DNA from: a virus | Taxonomy: Duplodnaviria > Caudoviricetes | DNA length: 64,000 nucleotides | Strand: one strand, 5' to 3' | IMG/VR virus record: IMGVR_UViG_3300036770_005357 | Part shown: positions 19,522-29,697 of the stretch, one piece after another | Layout: every line of letters begins with the position of its first letter | How positions within the stretch are numbered: the first letter of the stretch is position 1 | Notes under the pieces: generated by a model | What the model saw: the letters and a program-made list of their open reading frames with translations, nothing else | Told to the model about the DNA's origin: nothing | The model's database searches: none | Position numbers and translations under genes: made by a program

Positions 19522-20063
19522 GTAAAAAGAAAATACTTTTATTAAGTGATGATTTACGAATGCATAGTGGTATAGCTACTATGAGTCGTGAATTGGTACT
19601 AGGCACACTTCACCATTATAATTGGGTACAAGTAGCAGGCGCAATTGAACATCCTGAACAAGGTAAAATCATTGATATGAAAGAAGCTTGTGATAAGTTA
19701 AATGGTAGAACTGACAATTATCTTAAATTATATCCCGTTAATGGATACGGTGATGAAGAAACTCTTTTTCAAATTATAGCTATGGAAAAACCAGATGCTA
19801 TAATGCATTTTACTGATCCTAGATTTTGGGGGTGGCTCTATGCTATAGAACACCAAATTCGTAGTAAAATTCCACTTACATATCTTGATATTTGGGATGA
19901 CTTACCGTATCCTATGTGGAATAAACCATTCTACAAGAGTTGTGATGCTTTATTTGCAATTAGTAAACAAACTGATAATATCAACAAATGGGTTTTAGGA
20001 CCAGAAAACTGTACTAGTATTTATGGTGATTTTGATAGTAACGGAAACATTATTAAAGGATAA
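19518..20063 (+). CDS. GT4-like glycosyltransferase, N-terminal half (split gene)
   Basis: KILLLSDDLRMHSGIATMSR, HFTDPRFW, IWDDLPYP; ends at an in-frame TAA. Confidence 0.75.
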   Translation: MSKKKILLLSDDLRMHSGIATMSRELVLGTLHHYNWVQVAGAIEHPEQGKIIDMKEACDKLNGRTDNYLKLYPVNGYGDEETLFQIIAMEKPDAIMHFTDPRFWGWLYAIEHQIRSKIPLTYLDIWDDLPYPMWNKPFYKSCDALFAISKQTDNINKWVLGPENCTSIYGDFDSNGNIIKG

Positions 20064-20066
20064 TTT

Positions 20067-21032
20067 ATGCCAGTAAAAGGAAAACATTTATTACATTTAG
20101 TACCACATGGTATCAACAGCGACGAATTTAAACCACTTCCAAAAAATGATAAAGAAGTGTTAAAACTTAAAAAAGAATATTTAGGCGACGGCGAATATAA
20201 CTTTATAGTGGCATTTAACAGTCGTAATGCACATCGTAAACATCCTGCAAATTTGATTATGGCGTTCAAGTCATTCTGTGCTTCAATCGATCAAGAATCG
20301 GCAAAGAAATGTGCATTGATAATGCATACTGATAAAGTATGTGAAGCGGGTACAGATTTGGTTGCTACAATACAAGCAATTTGTCCAGAATATAAAGTCG
20401 TATTAGATGAAAGTAGAAAATCACCGGAAGAGATGGTTGCTTTCTATAACTTAGCGGATGTGACTGCAAATATAAGTTCAAACGAAGGATTCGGTCTTAG
20501 TATCGCTGAAAGTATAATGTGTGGTACGCCTGTTATTGCAACTGTTACTGGTGGATTACAAGACCAATTAGGCATTGTAGATGATAATAACAACCCAGTC
20601 AAATTTAATCTTGAATTCGGTACCAATGTTACCGGTAAATACAAGAAACATGGTATATGGGCTAAACCGATTTGGACTAAGGTACAAAACCTTCAAGGCA
20701 GTCCACCAACACCATATATCATGGATGATTTGACAAACTATGATGATATAGCTGATGCAATTGCTTATTGGTACTTTTTGGGAAATGAAAAACGAGAAAA
20801 ATGTGGATTGGAGGGTAGAAGATGGGCAATGAATGAAGGTGGTATAAATTCTAAAAATATGTGTGATCAATTTATTAAAGCGATGGATTTTACACTTGAA
20901 AATTTCACATCTGTTAATAAATTTGACATTTTTACAACGGATGGTTATGATACTAAAAATCTACCTCAAGGAAAATTGGGATTTGAATTACATAAAGTGA
21001 ATGTAGATAAAATCAAAAGTGAAATACAATGA
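20067..21032 (+). CDS. GT4-like glycosyltransferase, C-terminal half (split gene)
   Basis: VPHGIN, NSRNAHRK, NEGFGLSIAESIMCGTPVIATVTGGL; same frame as 19518-20063. Confidence 0.8.
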   Translation: MPVKGKHLLHLVPHGINSDEFKPLPKNDKEVLKLKKEYLGDGEYNFIVAFNSRNAHRKHPANLIMAFKSFCASIDQESAKKCALIMHTDKVCEAGTDLVATIQAICPEYKVVLDESRKSPEEMVAFYNLADVTANISSNEGFGLSIAESIMCGTPVIATVTGGLQDQLGIVDDNNNPVKFNLEFGTNVTGKYKKHGIWAKPIWTKVQNLQGSPPTPYIMDDLTNYDDIADAIAYWYFLGNEKREKCGLEGRRWAMNEGGINSKNMCDQFIKAMDFTLENFTSVNKFDIFTTDGYDTKNLPQGKLGFELHKVNVDKIKSEIQ

Positions 21033-21763
21033 AGATACAAGTACTTAAAAACGAAGACTATCAAGAAGTTTCAAACTTACCATCAAAAGGTACGGAACGT
21101 GCCACAGGATATGATATAGTTGCTACAAGTGAACCAGAAATCGTTGGTGAAAAGAATGAAAATGGATCTTATAAAAGAATTGATTACATTCAATATAAAA
21201 CTAATCTTAAAGTTGCTGTACAGAAAGAAGAAAAGTCATTGACAGGTTTTAGTCTCGAACTTACCGACTATGATATTTTAGCATTTCCTCGTAGCAGTGT
21301 TAGTAAGTACAATCTTCAATTGGCCAATAGTATTGGATTGATTGATGCCGATTACAGAGGAGAATTACTACTTCGTTTTAATTATCTATGGCAACCGGAA
21401 GATTATAATTTATATACACATGAAGCCGGAGATGCAGTCAAAGGTGAATTATACACTTATATAGGCGGAAAAGTTAATTCAAGTAAAATCTATAAAAAAG
21501 GAGATAAGATCTGTCAACTTAAAGTAACAAGAGTAGAGAATGTTAACTTCGAACTTGTAAATGAATTAGACTCCACAAATAGAGGTGAAGGTGGATTTGG
21601 AAGCACCGATAACAAAAAATCAGAAAACGCTAGTGTGGCTGCTAAACAAATGTCTACAATGGAACACTTGTACAATAATATGACAAACAATGTGTCCACG
21701 CCAACAAAAAAATACAGTCAAACAATTAAGGAAAGAGATCAACAATTTTTTAATCAAAAATAA
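21029..21763 (+). CDS. dut: Trimeric dUTPase
   Basis: All five motifs: ATGYD, PRSS, GLIDADYRGE, GDKICQL, RGEGGFGST. Confidence 0.95.
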   Translation: MKIQVLKNEDYQEVSNLPSKGTERATGYDIVATSEPEIVGEKNENGSYKRIDYIQYKTNLKVAVQKEEKSLTGFSLELTDYDILAFPRSSVSKYNLQLANSIGLIDADYRGELLLRFNYLWQPEDYNLYTHEAGDAVKGELYTYIGGKVNSSKIYKKGDKICQLKVTRVENVNFELVNELDSTNRGEGGFGSTDNKKSENASVAAKQMSTMEHLYNNMTNNVSTPTKKYSQTIKERDQQFFNQK

Positions 21764-21765
21764 AT

Positions 21766-23100
21766 ATGAACAAACCATTATGTTTAATTTCAGGACCAGT
21801 TTTTAATCGTAGCGGATATGGCGATTGGGCAACTGCTGTTGCTAAAAGTATTATTCGTTATGACAAATATGATGTTAAAATCGCACCAACTAGATGGGGA
21901 AACTGTCAAACAAAACGATTTTTTGAAGAAATTACAGATCCCGAAGATAAGATGTTATCGAGTAAATTTTTACAAGGACAATTAAACAAACAACCCGAAT
22001 TATTTATTCAACTCACAATACCGGAAGAATTTCAACCAATTGGCAAATATAATATTGGTATGACTGCTGGTATTGAAACTACAATTTCACCGGGCCCTTG
22101 GTTAGAGGGAATTAACAAAATGAATTTAACTATAGGTTTGTCTAACCATGTTAAAAAAATATTTATGGACACTAAAATGTCTAAAAAACTTGAAAATGGA
22201 CAAACGGTAAGTGTTCAGGTTGATAAACCCATTGAAGTGTGTTTTTGGGGTGTAGATACAAACATTTATAAGAAAACGGAAGAAAAATCAGAAACAGTTG
22301 ATCAAGCTTTATCTAAAATTGAAGAAAAGTCCGCTTTCCTTTTTATTGGTCAATGGACACACGGCGGTTTATTTAATGACAGAAAAGATATTGGTAATTT
22401 AATTAAAACATTTTGTAATGCATTTAAAAATAATGACAAAAATGATAAACCGTGCTTAATTATAAAAACGAGTGGTGCAAACTATTCAACTGTAGATCGG
22501 TTTGATATCTTAGACAAAATAAAAAGAATTAAAAGTGGATTAGGTGATAATTTGCCAAATGTTTATCTCTTACACGGAGAATTAAGTGATGTGGAAATGA
22601 ACGCACTTTTAAATCATGAAAAAATAATAGCACATGTTTCATTTACTCATGGAGAAGGATTTGGTCATCCATTGTTGTTAGCAACAATGAGTGGAAAACC
22701 TTTATTAGCACCTGACTGGAGTGGACATTTAGATTATTTAAACCCACAATATGCAAATTTGTTACCAGGCAATTTAGTAGATGTGAATAGATCGTCGGTA
22801 AATAATTGGATTTTAAAAGAAAGTAAATGGTTCAAAGTTTCATATTCATTAGCTGAGACTAAAATGAAAGATGTTTATTCATTCCGTAAACAAGATAAGT
22901 TTAATAAACCAGCGGAATTTCTAAGAGCCGAGAATTTCGAAAAATTCAGTTTACAAGCAATGGATCAAAAATTGTGGGGTATTCTTGATAAGTATGTTCC
23001 TAAATTTGCAGTCGAAAATAGTTTTGTCTTACCAAAACTAAAACCCATAGCTAATAAAACAGATCAGAACAAAATTGTTTTACCTAAATTAAAAATTTGA
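21766..23100 (+). CDS. Glycosyltransferase family 4-like
   Basis: SGYG, DRKDIG, SFTHGEGFGHPLL, PDWSGHLDYL. Confidence 0.9.
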   Translation: MNKPLCLISGPVFNRSGYGDWATAVAKSIIRYDKYDVKIAPTRWGNCQTKRFFEEITDPEDKMLSSKFLQGQLNKQPELFIQLTIPEEFQPIGKYNIGMTAGIETTISPGPWLEGINKMNLTIGLSNHVKKIFMDTKMSKKLENGQTVSVQVDKPIEVCFWGVDTNIYKKTEEKSETVDQALSKIEEKSAFLFIGQWTHGGLFNDRKDIGNLIKTFCNAFKNNDKNDKPCLIIKTSGANYSTVDRFDILDKIKRIKSGLGDNLPNVYLLHGELSDVEMNALLNHEKIIAHVSFTHGEGFGHPLLLATMSGKPLLAPDWSGHLDYLNPQYANLLPGNLVDVNRSSVNNWILKESKWFKVSYSLAETKMKDVYSFRKQDKFNKPAEFLRAENFEKFSLQAMDQKLWGILDKYVPKFAVENSFVLPKLKPIANKTDQNKIVLPKLKI

Positions 23101-23105
23101 TTAAA

Positions 23106-23753
23106 ATGTTTTTATCTTATTTAATAACATCTCATAATGAAGAGGTTTGTTTGAGTAAACTTCTACAGAAATTGCTTTCATTTAAAAAAGAAAACCATGA
23201 AATAGTTTTATTAGATGATTATTCGGATAATCCGGAAACTATTTCTATAATAAACAGTTGTAAATCAAATATTAATTTTTATCAAAAAAAATTAGACAAA
23301 GATTATGGAGCACATAAAAACTATGGTATAAGTCTTTGCAAAGGTAAGTGGATATTTCAAATAGATGCAGATGAATGTCCGACAGACTTGCTTTTAGAAA
23401 ATATAGACGACATTTTAAAAGCAAACGATTCAAATGAAGCGATTTGGTTACCGAGGTTAAATTATTTTTACGGAGTAACTCAACAAGACATATTAACATG
23501 GGGATGGCAATATAACGACGGTATGATTAACTTTCCAGACTATCAATCTAGATTATATAAAAATTTACCTCATATTAAATATGAACGCAGATTACATGAG
23601 AAAGTTGAAGGATATAAAAGTTATGTATTTATTCCTGCGCAAAAAGATATTGCATTGATACATGAAAAAACTATAGAAAAACAACGACAAACAAATATAA
23701 AATACAATCAGTTGTTTACGGAAGATGAAAATAGGGGATATAGTGTAAAATAA
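23106..23753 (+). CDS. Glycosyltransferase family 2
   Basis: SYLITSHNE, LLDDYSD, WIFQIDADE, PDYQSRLY, LHEKV. Confidence 0.9.
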   Translation: MFLSYLITSHNEEVCLSKLLQKLLSFKKENHEIVLLDDYSDNPETISIINSCKSNINFYQKKLDKDYGAHKNYGISLCKGKWIFQIDADECPTDLLLENIDDILKANDSNEAIWLPRLNYFYGVTQQDILTWGWQYNDGMINFPDYQSRLYKNLPHIKYERRLHEKVEGYKSYVFIPAQKDIALIHEKTIEKQRQTNIKYNQLFTEDENRGYSVK

Positions 23754-23757
23754 ATTT

Positions 23758-24183
23758 ATGAAATATATTACAAATATAGATACTTTATCAGCATTATTTG
23801 ATCGATTAATAACGGAAAATATTAAATTATATTTTTTTGAAAAAGATAATTTAACAGAAAAAAGTAATCATCAAAAATTAATAATTGAAGAAATAAAAAA
23901 CAAAATCCGTACTCTATTGAGAGATACTTATGAAAATAAACAATATGATTATTTTTCCGAAAAAAGAACTTTTAATGAAAATACAATTGTAGAATCGTTG
24001 GAAGAGTTGATAATTAATGACATTAATATCGGAGAATCTGATAGAGAGCGTTTAAAACAAGTACAAAGCGATACACCCTCCATAGATAAGTTCATAGTAA
24101 ATGAAAAGAGACTTAGAAAATCGAATGAAGGTAGATCACGAAATAAAAATGAAATAGATCAACAATATAAAGATTTACTATGA
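23758..24183 (+). CDS. Helical hypothetical protein (DUF4254-like)
   Basis: LFDRLITENIKLY and RSRNKNEID pattern. Confidence 0.5.
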   Translation: MKYITNIDTLSALFDRLITENIKLYFFEKDNLTEKSNHQKLIIEEIKNKIRTLLRDTYENKQYDYFSEKRTFNENTIVESLEELIINDINIGESDRERLKQVQSDTPSIDKFIVNEKRLRKSNEGRSRNKNEIDQQYKDLL

Positions 24184-25166
24184 ATGTATTAATAACAGGT
24201 GTTGCGGGTTTACTCGGATCTAATTTAGCTGATTATTTAATCAATAAAAATATTAATGTAATCGGTATAGACGATTTAAGTGGCGGATATATTGAAAATG
24301 TTAATGATAAGGTAAATTTTCACAAACTAAATTTAATAAACGATGTCACTCGTTTAAACGAATTATTTAATACATTCAAGATCGATTTTGTTTATCACAT
24401 GGCAGCATATGCCGCTGAAGGATTAAGTCCTTTTATACGAAATTATAATTATAATAATAATTTAATTGCTACAACAAATATTGTAAACTGTTGTGTGAAT
24501 CACAATGTAAAACGACTCATATTCACATCTACTATGGCAGTTTATGGTGAAAACACTTTGCCGTTTGATGAAAAATACTTACCAAATCCCATTGATCCAT
24601 ATGGTATTGCAAAATATGCTTGTGAACTGGATATAAAAGTTGCTGGAGAACAACATGGATTAGACTGGTGTATAATCAGACCACATAATGTTTATGGTAA
24701 AAAACAAAATATCTGGGACAAATATAGAAATGTTTTAGGTATTTGGATGAATTTACATTTAAATAATAAACCATTAACAATCTATGGGGATGGAAAACAA
24801 ACCCGAGCGTTTTCTTATATCGACGACAGCGTTGAACCTTTATGGAATGCTGCAATTTTCCCAGAGGCTTCTAAACAAATAATTAATTTAGGAGGAATTT
24901 ATGAAACAAGTATCAATGAAGCATGTGATATTTTAATTAAAGTTATGGGAGGTGGAACTAAGGTGCATCTCGAAAAAAGACATGAAGTAAAACATGCATA
25001 TTCTACTTATCAAAAATCCATAGATATTTTGAAATTTAATCATCAAACTAATTTAGAAAATGGGTTAACCGATATGTGGACTTGGGCAAAAAATCAACCA
25101 CGAAAAAATCAATTTATATGGCAAAAGTACGAAATTGAAAAAGGAATTTATAATTACTGGAAATAA
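24180..25166 (+). CDS. NAD-dependent epimerase/dehydratase (extended SDR)
   Basis: TGVAGLLGS, TSTMAVYG, YGIAK (YxxxK), RPHNVYG, TRAFSYIDD. Confidence 0.95.
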   Translation: MNVLITGVAGLLGSNLADYLINKNINVIGIDDLSGGYIENVNDKVNFHKLNLINDVTRLNELFNTFKIDFVYHMAAYAAEGLSPFIRNYNYNNNLIATTNIVNCCVNHNVKRLIFTSTMAVYGENTLPFDEKYLPNPIDPYGIAKYACELDIKVAGEQHGLDWCIIRPHNVYGKKQNIWDKYRNVLGIWMNLHLNNKPLTIYGDGKQTRAFSYIDDSVEPLWNAAIFPEASKQIINLGGIYETSINEACDILIKVMGGGTKVHLEKRHEVKHAYSTYQKSIDILKFNHQTNLENGLTDMWTWAKNQPRKNQFIWQKYEIEKGIYNYWK

Positions 25167-25176
25167 ATTTTTAGTT

Positions 25177-25806
25177 ATGAAAAAAATAAAATTTGACATT
25201 CTTACAGAATCCGAACTAATCGAATACGGCGTGTTTTCATCGGTAGATGAAACCTATGACTTTATAAAATCCAATCCTGAAAACCAACGTGGAAAAAATT
25301 CCATACAATGGATATACTTGTATATGGATGAGTTATATCAACTTGCTAAAGAATGTAATCATATTACCGAGATGGGTGTGAATGAAGTAAATAGTTCATG
25401 GGCATTCTTAAAAGCGAGGCCCAAAAAATTAGTATGTATTGATATTACATTTTCTTATGCTTATAAAAGAGTTAATTTTGAAGATCACATTTGGTTAGAA
25501 TCATTAAAAGCTTTATCTAAAAAAGAAAATGTAGATTTAACATTAATAGAAGATGATACCACTAAAATAGAAATTGAAGAAACAGATTTATTATTTATCG
25601 ATACGAAACACACTTACCAACATCTTAAAAAAGAATTAAATTTACACGCTAATAAAGTTAAAAAATATATAGCATTTCACGATACAGTTTTGTTTCCGGA
25701 GTTAAATAACGCCATCATTGAATTTTTAGAAACGAATAGAAATTGGACAATATATAAAAATATAAAAACCAATCCCGGTCTTCTAATCATAAAAAATAAT
25801 ACATGA
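25177..25806 (+). CDS. Class I SAM-dependent methyltransferase (Methyltransf_24-like)
   Basis: ITEMGV, LVCIDI, LLFIDTKHTY, YIAFHDT. Confidence 0.8.
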   Translation: MKKIKFDILTESELIEYGVFSSVDETYDFIKSNPENQRGKNSIQWIYLYMDELYQLAKECNHITEMGVNEVNSSWAFLKARPKKLVCIDITFSYAYKRVNFEDHIWLESLKALSKKENVDLTLIEDDTTKIEIEETDLLFIDTKHTYQHLKKELNLHANKVKKYIAFHDTVLFPELNNAIIEFLETNRNWTIYKNIKTNPGLLIIKNNT

Positions 25807-26465
25807 ACAACATAATCAACGAAATTTTAAATAAAAAATTGACTCTAATTGATAGAGAAAGATTTGATTGTATTATTGATTTAAAACAGCAGGTTGAATC
25901 TCATGATGGCGATATAGTAGAATGTGGAGTTTATAAAGGAGGTATGGCTATATTTTTAGCTCATCTATTTCCTTTAAAAAAAATATGGGTGGTAGATTCA
26001 TTTAGAGGATGTCAACCTTTAAAAAACGCTTTATTTAAATATGAAAAAGAAGAAAGATGGAAAGATGGAGAATTTTCAGCTTCCATAGAAGAAGTAAAAA
26101 ATAACTTCAAAAAATTTAACATTTTAGATAAGAATCGAATAATTTATTTAGAGGGTTGGGTAAAAGATACATTACCTACATGTGATATAAATAAAATATT
26201 ACTGCTTAGAGTAGATGTTGATAGTTATAGTGCAACCCGTGAAGTATTAAGATATTTATATGACAAAGTTGTTTTAAATGGCGTAGTAGTGTTCGATGAT
26301 ACATGTTGTTATGAAGCTATGGATGCTATCAAAGATTTTTTCATAATCGAAAAACAACAGCCAAATATAAATTTTTATACAGCAAAACACGAAAAAATAG
26401 ATTTATTGAACATCGACTCAAAAAATGTTCCGTGTGGTTGTTACATGATTAAAAAATATGAGTAA
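25803..26465 (+). CDS. TylF/MycF-family sugar O-methyltransferase
   Basis: GDIVECGVYKGG, VDSFRG, EGWVKDTL, LRVDVDSY, VVFDD. Confidence 0.9.
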   Translation: MNNIINEILNKKLTLIDRERFDCIIDLKQQVESHDGDIVECGVYKGGMAIFLAHLFPLKKIWVVDSFRGCQPLKNALFKYEKEERWKDGEFSASIEEVKNNFKKFNILDKNRIIYLEGWVKDTLPTCDINKILLLRVDVDSYSATREVLRYLYDKVVLNGVVVFDDTCCYEAMDAIKDFFIIEKQQPNINFYTAKHEKIDLLNIDSKNVPCGCYMIKKYE

Positions 26466-27402
26466 AAAAATTGTAATAGTTCCAGTATTTTGTGAAACTC
26501 ACTTAATTAAACTTCAAATAGATAATATATTTAATACGATTGATCCAGATATATTAATTTACAACGAAGGAATGTTTCCTCATGGTCCCGAAAGTTGTAC
26601 TAATATGGCCGGATTTAAAGAAAAATATACTCTAAATAGTGAAGGAAAACGAGGGTTTGACTATCCGGAATTACAAGAAATAATATTTGAAGCTCAAAAA
26701 AAATATAGTAATAAGAAAATTATATTAAATGAGATGGAATACGATCCAAATGAAAAATCTGCTACCAAACATTATACAAAAGCGTGTAGTAATTTTAAAG
26801 AATTAAATATTGATGTTAATGTTGGTGATTTTATATTTCCATTTGAAGGAGATGTATTTCATCTAGAGAGTGATAAAGATTCGATTGAATCGTACATGTC
26901 CCAATTAAATCCAGACACCGGTTTTAGAAGTATATGGGTAGATTTCGTACAAAATCAATATTACGCGGAACTTAAAAGTCTCAAACCATTCTTTAAAAAT
27001 CAAGAGGGTAGTACCAGAAAAATTTGCATAAAATATGGCACTCAAAAATTTTACGAATCTGTTATAGGAAATTTTGAATCTAGAAATTATGAAGCGTTGT
27101 ATTCTACAGAACTAGTAACATACCACTATCCGTGGTTTAGATTTGGAAAATATTTAGACTTAAGATACGATCAACTTAATAGACCCGATTATTATTGGAA
27201 ATACTTTTCTCAGGCTTTAAATTACATAGATGAATTAAAATACGCACGTGTATGTGCTAAGCCTGATAAACAAGGTACATACAGATATTTAAGTGCAGTA
27301 AAAATAAATCACCCAGAAGCTATAAAATCACATCCAAACTATATATCCGATATTGATATTGAAACTATTATTAACAATAACCACATCATCGATTATAAAT
27401 GA
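26458..27402 (+). CDS. GT-A-like glycosyltransferase
   Basis: IVPVFCE, IYNEG, FIFPFEGDVF, YHYPW; cluster context. Confidence 0.55.
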   Translation: MSKKIVIVPVFCETHLIKLQIDNIFNTIDPDILIYNEGMFPHGPESCTNMAGFKEKYTLNSEGKRGFDYPELQEIIFEAQKKYSNKKIILNEMEYDPNEKSATKHYTKACSNFKELNIDVNVGDFIFPFEGDVFHLESDKDSIESYMSQLNPDTGFRSIWVDFVQNQYYAELKSLKPFFKNQEGSTRKICIKYGTQKFYESVIGNFESRNYEALYSTELVTYHYPWFRFGKYLDLRYDQLNRPDYYWKYFSQALNYIDELKYARVCAKPDKQGTYRYLSAVKINHPEAIKSHPNYISDIDIETIINNNHIIDYK

Positions 27403-28409
27403 AATTACAAAATAAATATGCAATAGGCACACATGTTATGTTCTATGAAATAGAAATGTATCCGGATTTTATAAACGGATTAATAAATCTATTAGAAGCT
27501 GTAGAGAACAAAGAAAATGTCTACTTAGATTTTTGTTTTAATACATCTGAATATTTTGAAAAGATTGATAAAAACAAAATAAGTTTAGATAACTTGTTCA
27601 TTAAGTTTAATAGTGGTATAGAAAAATTAAAAGCATTGGGTTATAATAACATAAAAACTGATATTAAAAACATCAACGATGAAATTTACAATATAGCAGA
27701 TTATAGAAGAGACTTTAACAACAACTATTGCAAAAAAGTTGATTTTTTAATGTGGGGAGAAACTGACAGTTTCTTTCCAAAAGAATCATTTAAAGTACTC
27801 GAATCTTTAAAAAATTATACAGATAAAAATAATTTTCATCGTTATATCTTATCGTGGTCGGAACGGAAAATGTGGGATGAATCTTGGAAAGTTACTGAAC
27901 ATGTTGACTATGAAAATATAATTTTTGTAGATACACCGGATCAAGTTGATAATGAAAATTATGCTAAATCTCCGTTGTCCATCGAAAAAATGAATTTAAT
28001 AAATTCAAAAACTGTAGATATAGATATCAGAGTAACAAATGAACCTAAAATTGATGGCAGTTGTTTAGTAATCAGTTCAGATTTGATTAAATGTGGAGTC
28101 AACATTCCTCACAGTCTTTTGTGTAGTGGTGATGATAGTAGTTTAGGCGTAATTGCAAAACAACTTCTGGGAGATAAATTCATACAAATCGTCGTTAAAA
28201 ATATATTAAAAGTACATGCTAGAAGACATCCCAAAAAAAGAATGTATATTTTAAATGAAAACAATCCCCGTGGTTTTTGTGGTAAAGAAAAGGGTGATTG
28301 GTGGAAAATTTTACAAGATTACTCTAAATCCAATTTAAACATTTTATTAAATAATCAAAATAAATTCTATACATTTGACGATGTATTTGATAAAATAAAA
28401 AACATATGA
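27399..28409 (+). CDS. GT-A-like hypothetical glycosyltransferase
   Basis: LMWGETDSFFP, KIDGSCLVIS, LKVHARRHP; cluster context. Confidence 0.5.
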   Translation: MKLQNKYAIGTHVMFYEIEMYPDFINGLINLLEAVENKENVYLDFCFNTSEYFEKIDKNKISLDNLFIKFNSGIEKLKALGYNNIKTDIKNINDEIYNIADYRRDFNNNYCKKVDFLMWGETDSFFPKESFKVLESLKNYTDKNNFHRYILSWSERKMWDESWKVTEHVDYENIIFVDTPDQVDNENYAKSPLSIEKMNLINSKTVDIDIRVTNEPKIDGSCLVISSDLIKCGVNIPHSLLCSGDDSSLGVIAKQLLGDKFIQIVVKNILKVHARRHPKKRMYILNENNPRGFCGKEKGDWWKILQDYSKSNLNILLNNQNKFYTFDDVFDKIKNI

Positions 28410-28759
28410 AAATGCCAATATCAGAAATAGCAGATAGATATAGTATAACTCTTTTAAAAAGTGAACGAATTGAAGGAGTAAATCTAACAGATGAATTAAA
28501 TGCCTATTTACAAGAATTAAATAAGTACGAAGGTATACAAAGTTATTTAGAAAGACTGTATCAGATAAACGGAGAAATTTGGGATTTGGAATCCGACATT
28601 AGAAAAGGTAAGGAGAATATACTCGGACTTGAAGAAGTTGGTAGACGAGCAATTATGATTCGAGGTAAGAATAAGATTCGAGTTGGAATTAAAAATGAAA
28701 TGGTAGAGAAATACGAAGAAGGATTCAAAGATATAAAAATGAATCATGCTAGTGTATGA
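28406..28759 (+). CDS. DUF6165/DUF4254-like helical protein
   Basis: ISEIADRYSITLLK, LYQINGEIWDLESDIR, NKIRVGIKNE. Confidence 0.65.
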   Translation: MKMPISEIADRYSITLLKSERIEGVNLTDELNAYLQELNKYEGIQSYLERLYQINGEIWDLESDIRKGKENILGLEEVGRRAIMIRGKNKIRVGIKNEMVEKYEEGFKDIKMNHASV

Positions 28760-29697
28760 ATGTATGTTTTGTAAGCCAAAACGGTCATATAGGAAAACTA
28801 CCACGAAATTTTGAAAATTGTAGAGTAGAGTTTGCTTGGCAAATTGCATTAAACTCGGATCATCTATCTTTTGATTATATTTGTAAAAACAAAGTACAAT
28901 CGTACGACTTAGTTATAATAATTCTACCGAAGAAACTTGAATTGATTAATATCAATCAAATATTAGATATTTGTAAATCTATTGGTAAAAAAGTAACAGT
29001 AATGCAAGAAGGTCCGTGTTGGTATTACCAAGATTACAAATACGAAGATCAAGTTAATTATATAAACTTTTTGAATGAGATGGACTTTTTATTAGTCCAT
29101 AATAAAAGTGATGTAGCTTATTTTAAAGGTATATTTAAGAAACCTACATTTAATCTACAATCTTTAATGATTGAAGATACAGTTAAAAATATAATTAATA
29201 AAAATAGTGGATATCCAATCATCGGTGGTAACTTTTGTAGCTGGTACGGTGGAGTAGATAGTTATTTTGTTGCCCGTAATTTTAATAAAGATATATACAT
29301 ACCTAGTATGGGTAGGAAAATAACCAATGAGGAAAACTTCCCAAACTTAAAACATTTACCTTATATGCAATGGACGCAATGGATCCATACACTATCTCAA
29401 TTCAACATAGGTATTCATTTGATGAGAACACATGCGGCTGGTACATTTGCCCTTAATTGTGCTTATTTAGGTATACCGTGTATCGGTTATAAAGGATTGG
29501 ATACTCAACAAATATTACATCCATTATTAACGGTTGATGTAGGTAATATAGAAAAAGCAAACGAATTAGCTATACAATTAAGAGATGATGTAGATTTTTA
29601 TAATAATTGTTCTTTTCATTCTAAAGAATTATATCAAATATATTATACAGAAGAAAAGTGGTTACAAAATTGGAATAAAATTTATGAACAAATTTAA
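28756..29697 (+). CDS. GT-B-like hypothetical glycosyltransferase
   Basis: IHLMRTHAAGTFALNCAYLGIPCIG resembles the GT-B C-terminal donor-binding motif. Confidence 0.55.
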   Translation: MNVCFVSQNGHIGKLPRNFENCRVEFAWQIALNSDHLSFDYICKNKVQSYDLVIIILPKKLELININQILDICKSIGKKVTVMQEGPCWYYQDYKYEDQVNYINFLNEMDFLLVHNKSDVAYFKGIFKKPTFNLQSLMIEDTVKNIINKNSGYPIIGGNFCSWYGGVDSYFVARNFNKDIYIPSMGRKITNEENFPNLKHLPYMQWTQWIHTLSQFNIGIHLMRTHAAGTFALNCAYLGIPCIGYKGLDTQQILHPLLTVDVGNIEKANELAIQLRDDVDFYNNCSFHSKELYQIYYTEEKWLQNWNKIYEQI

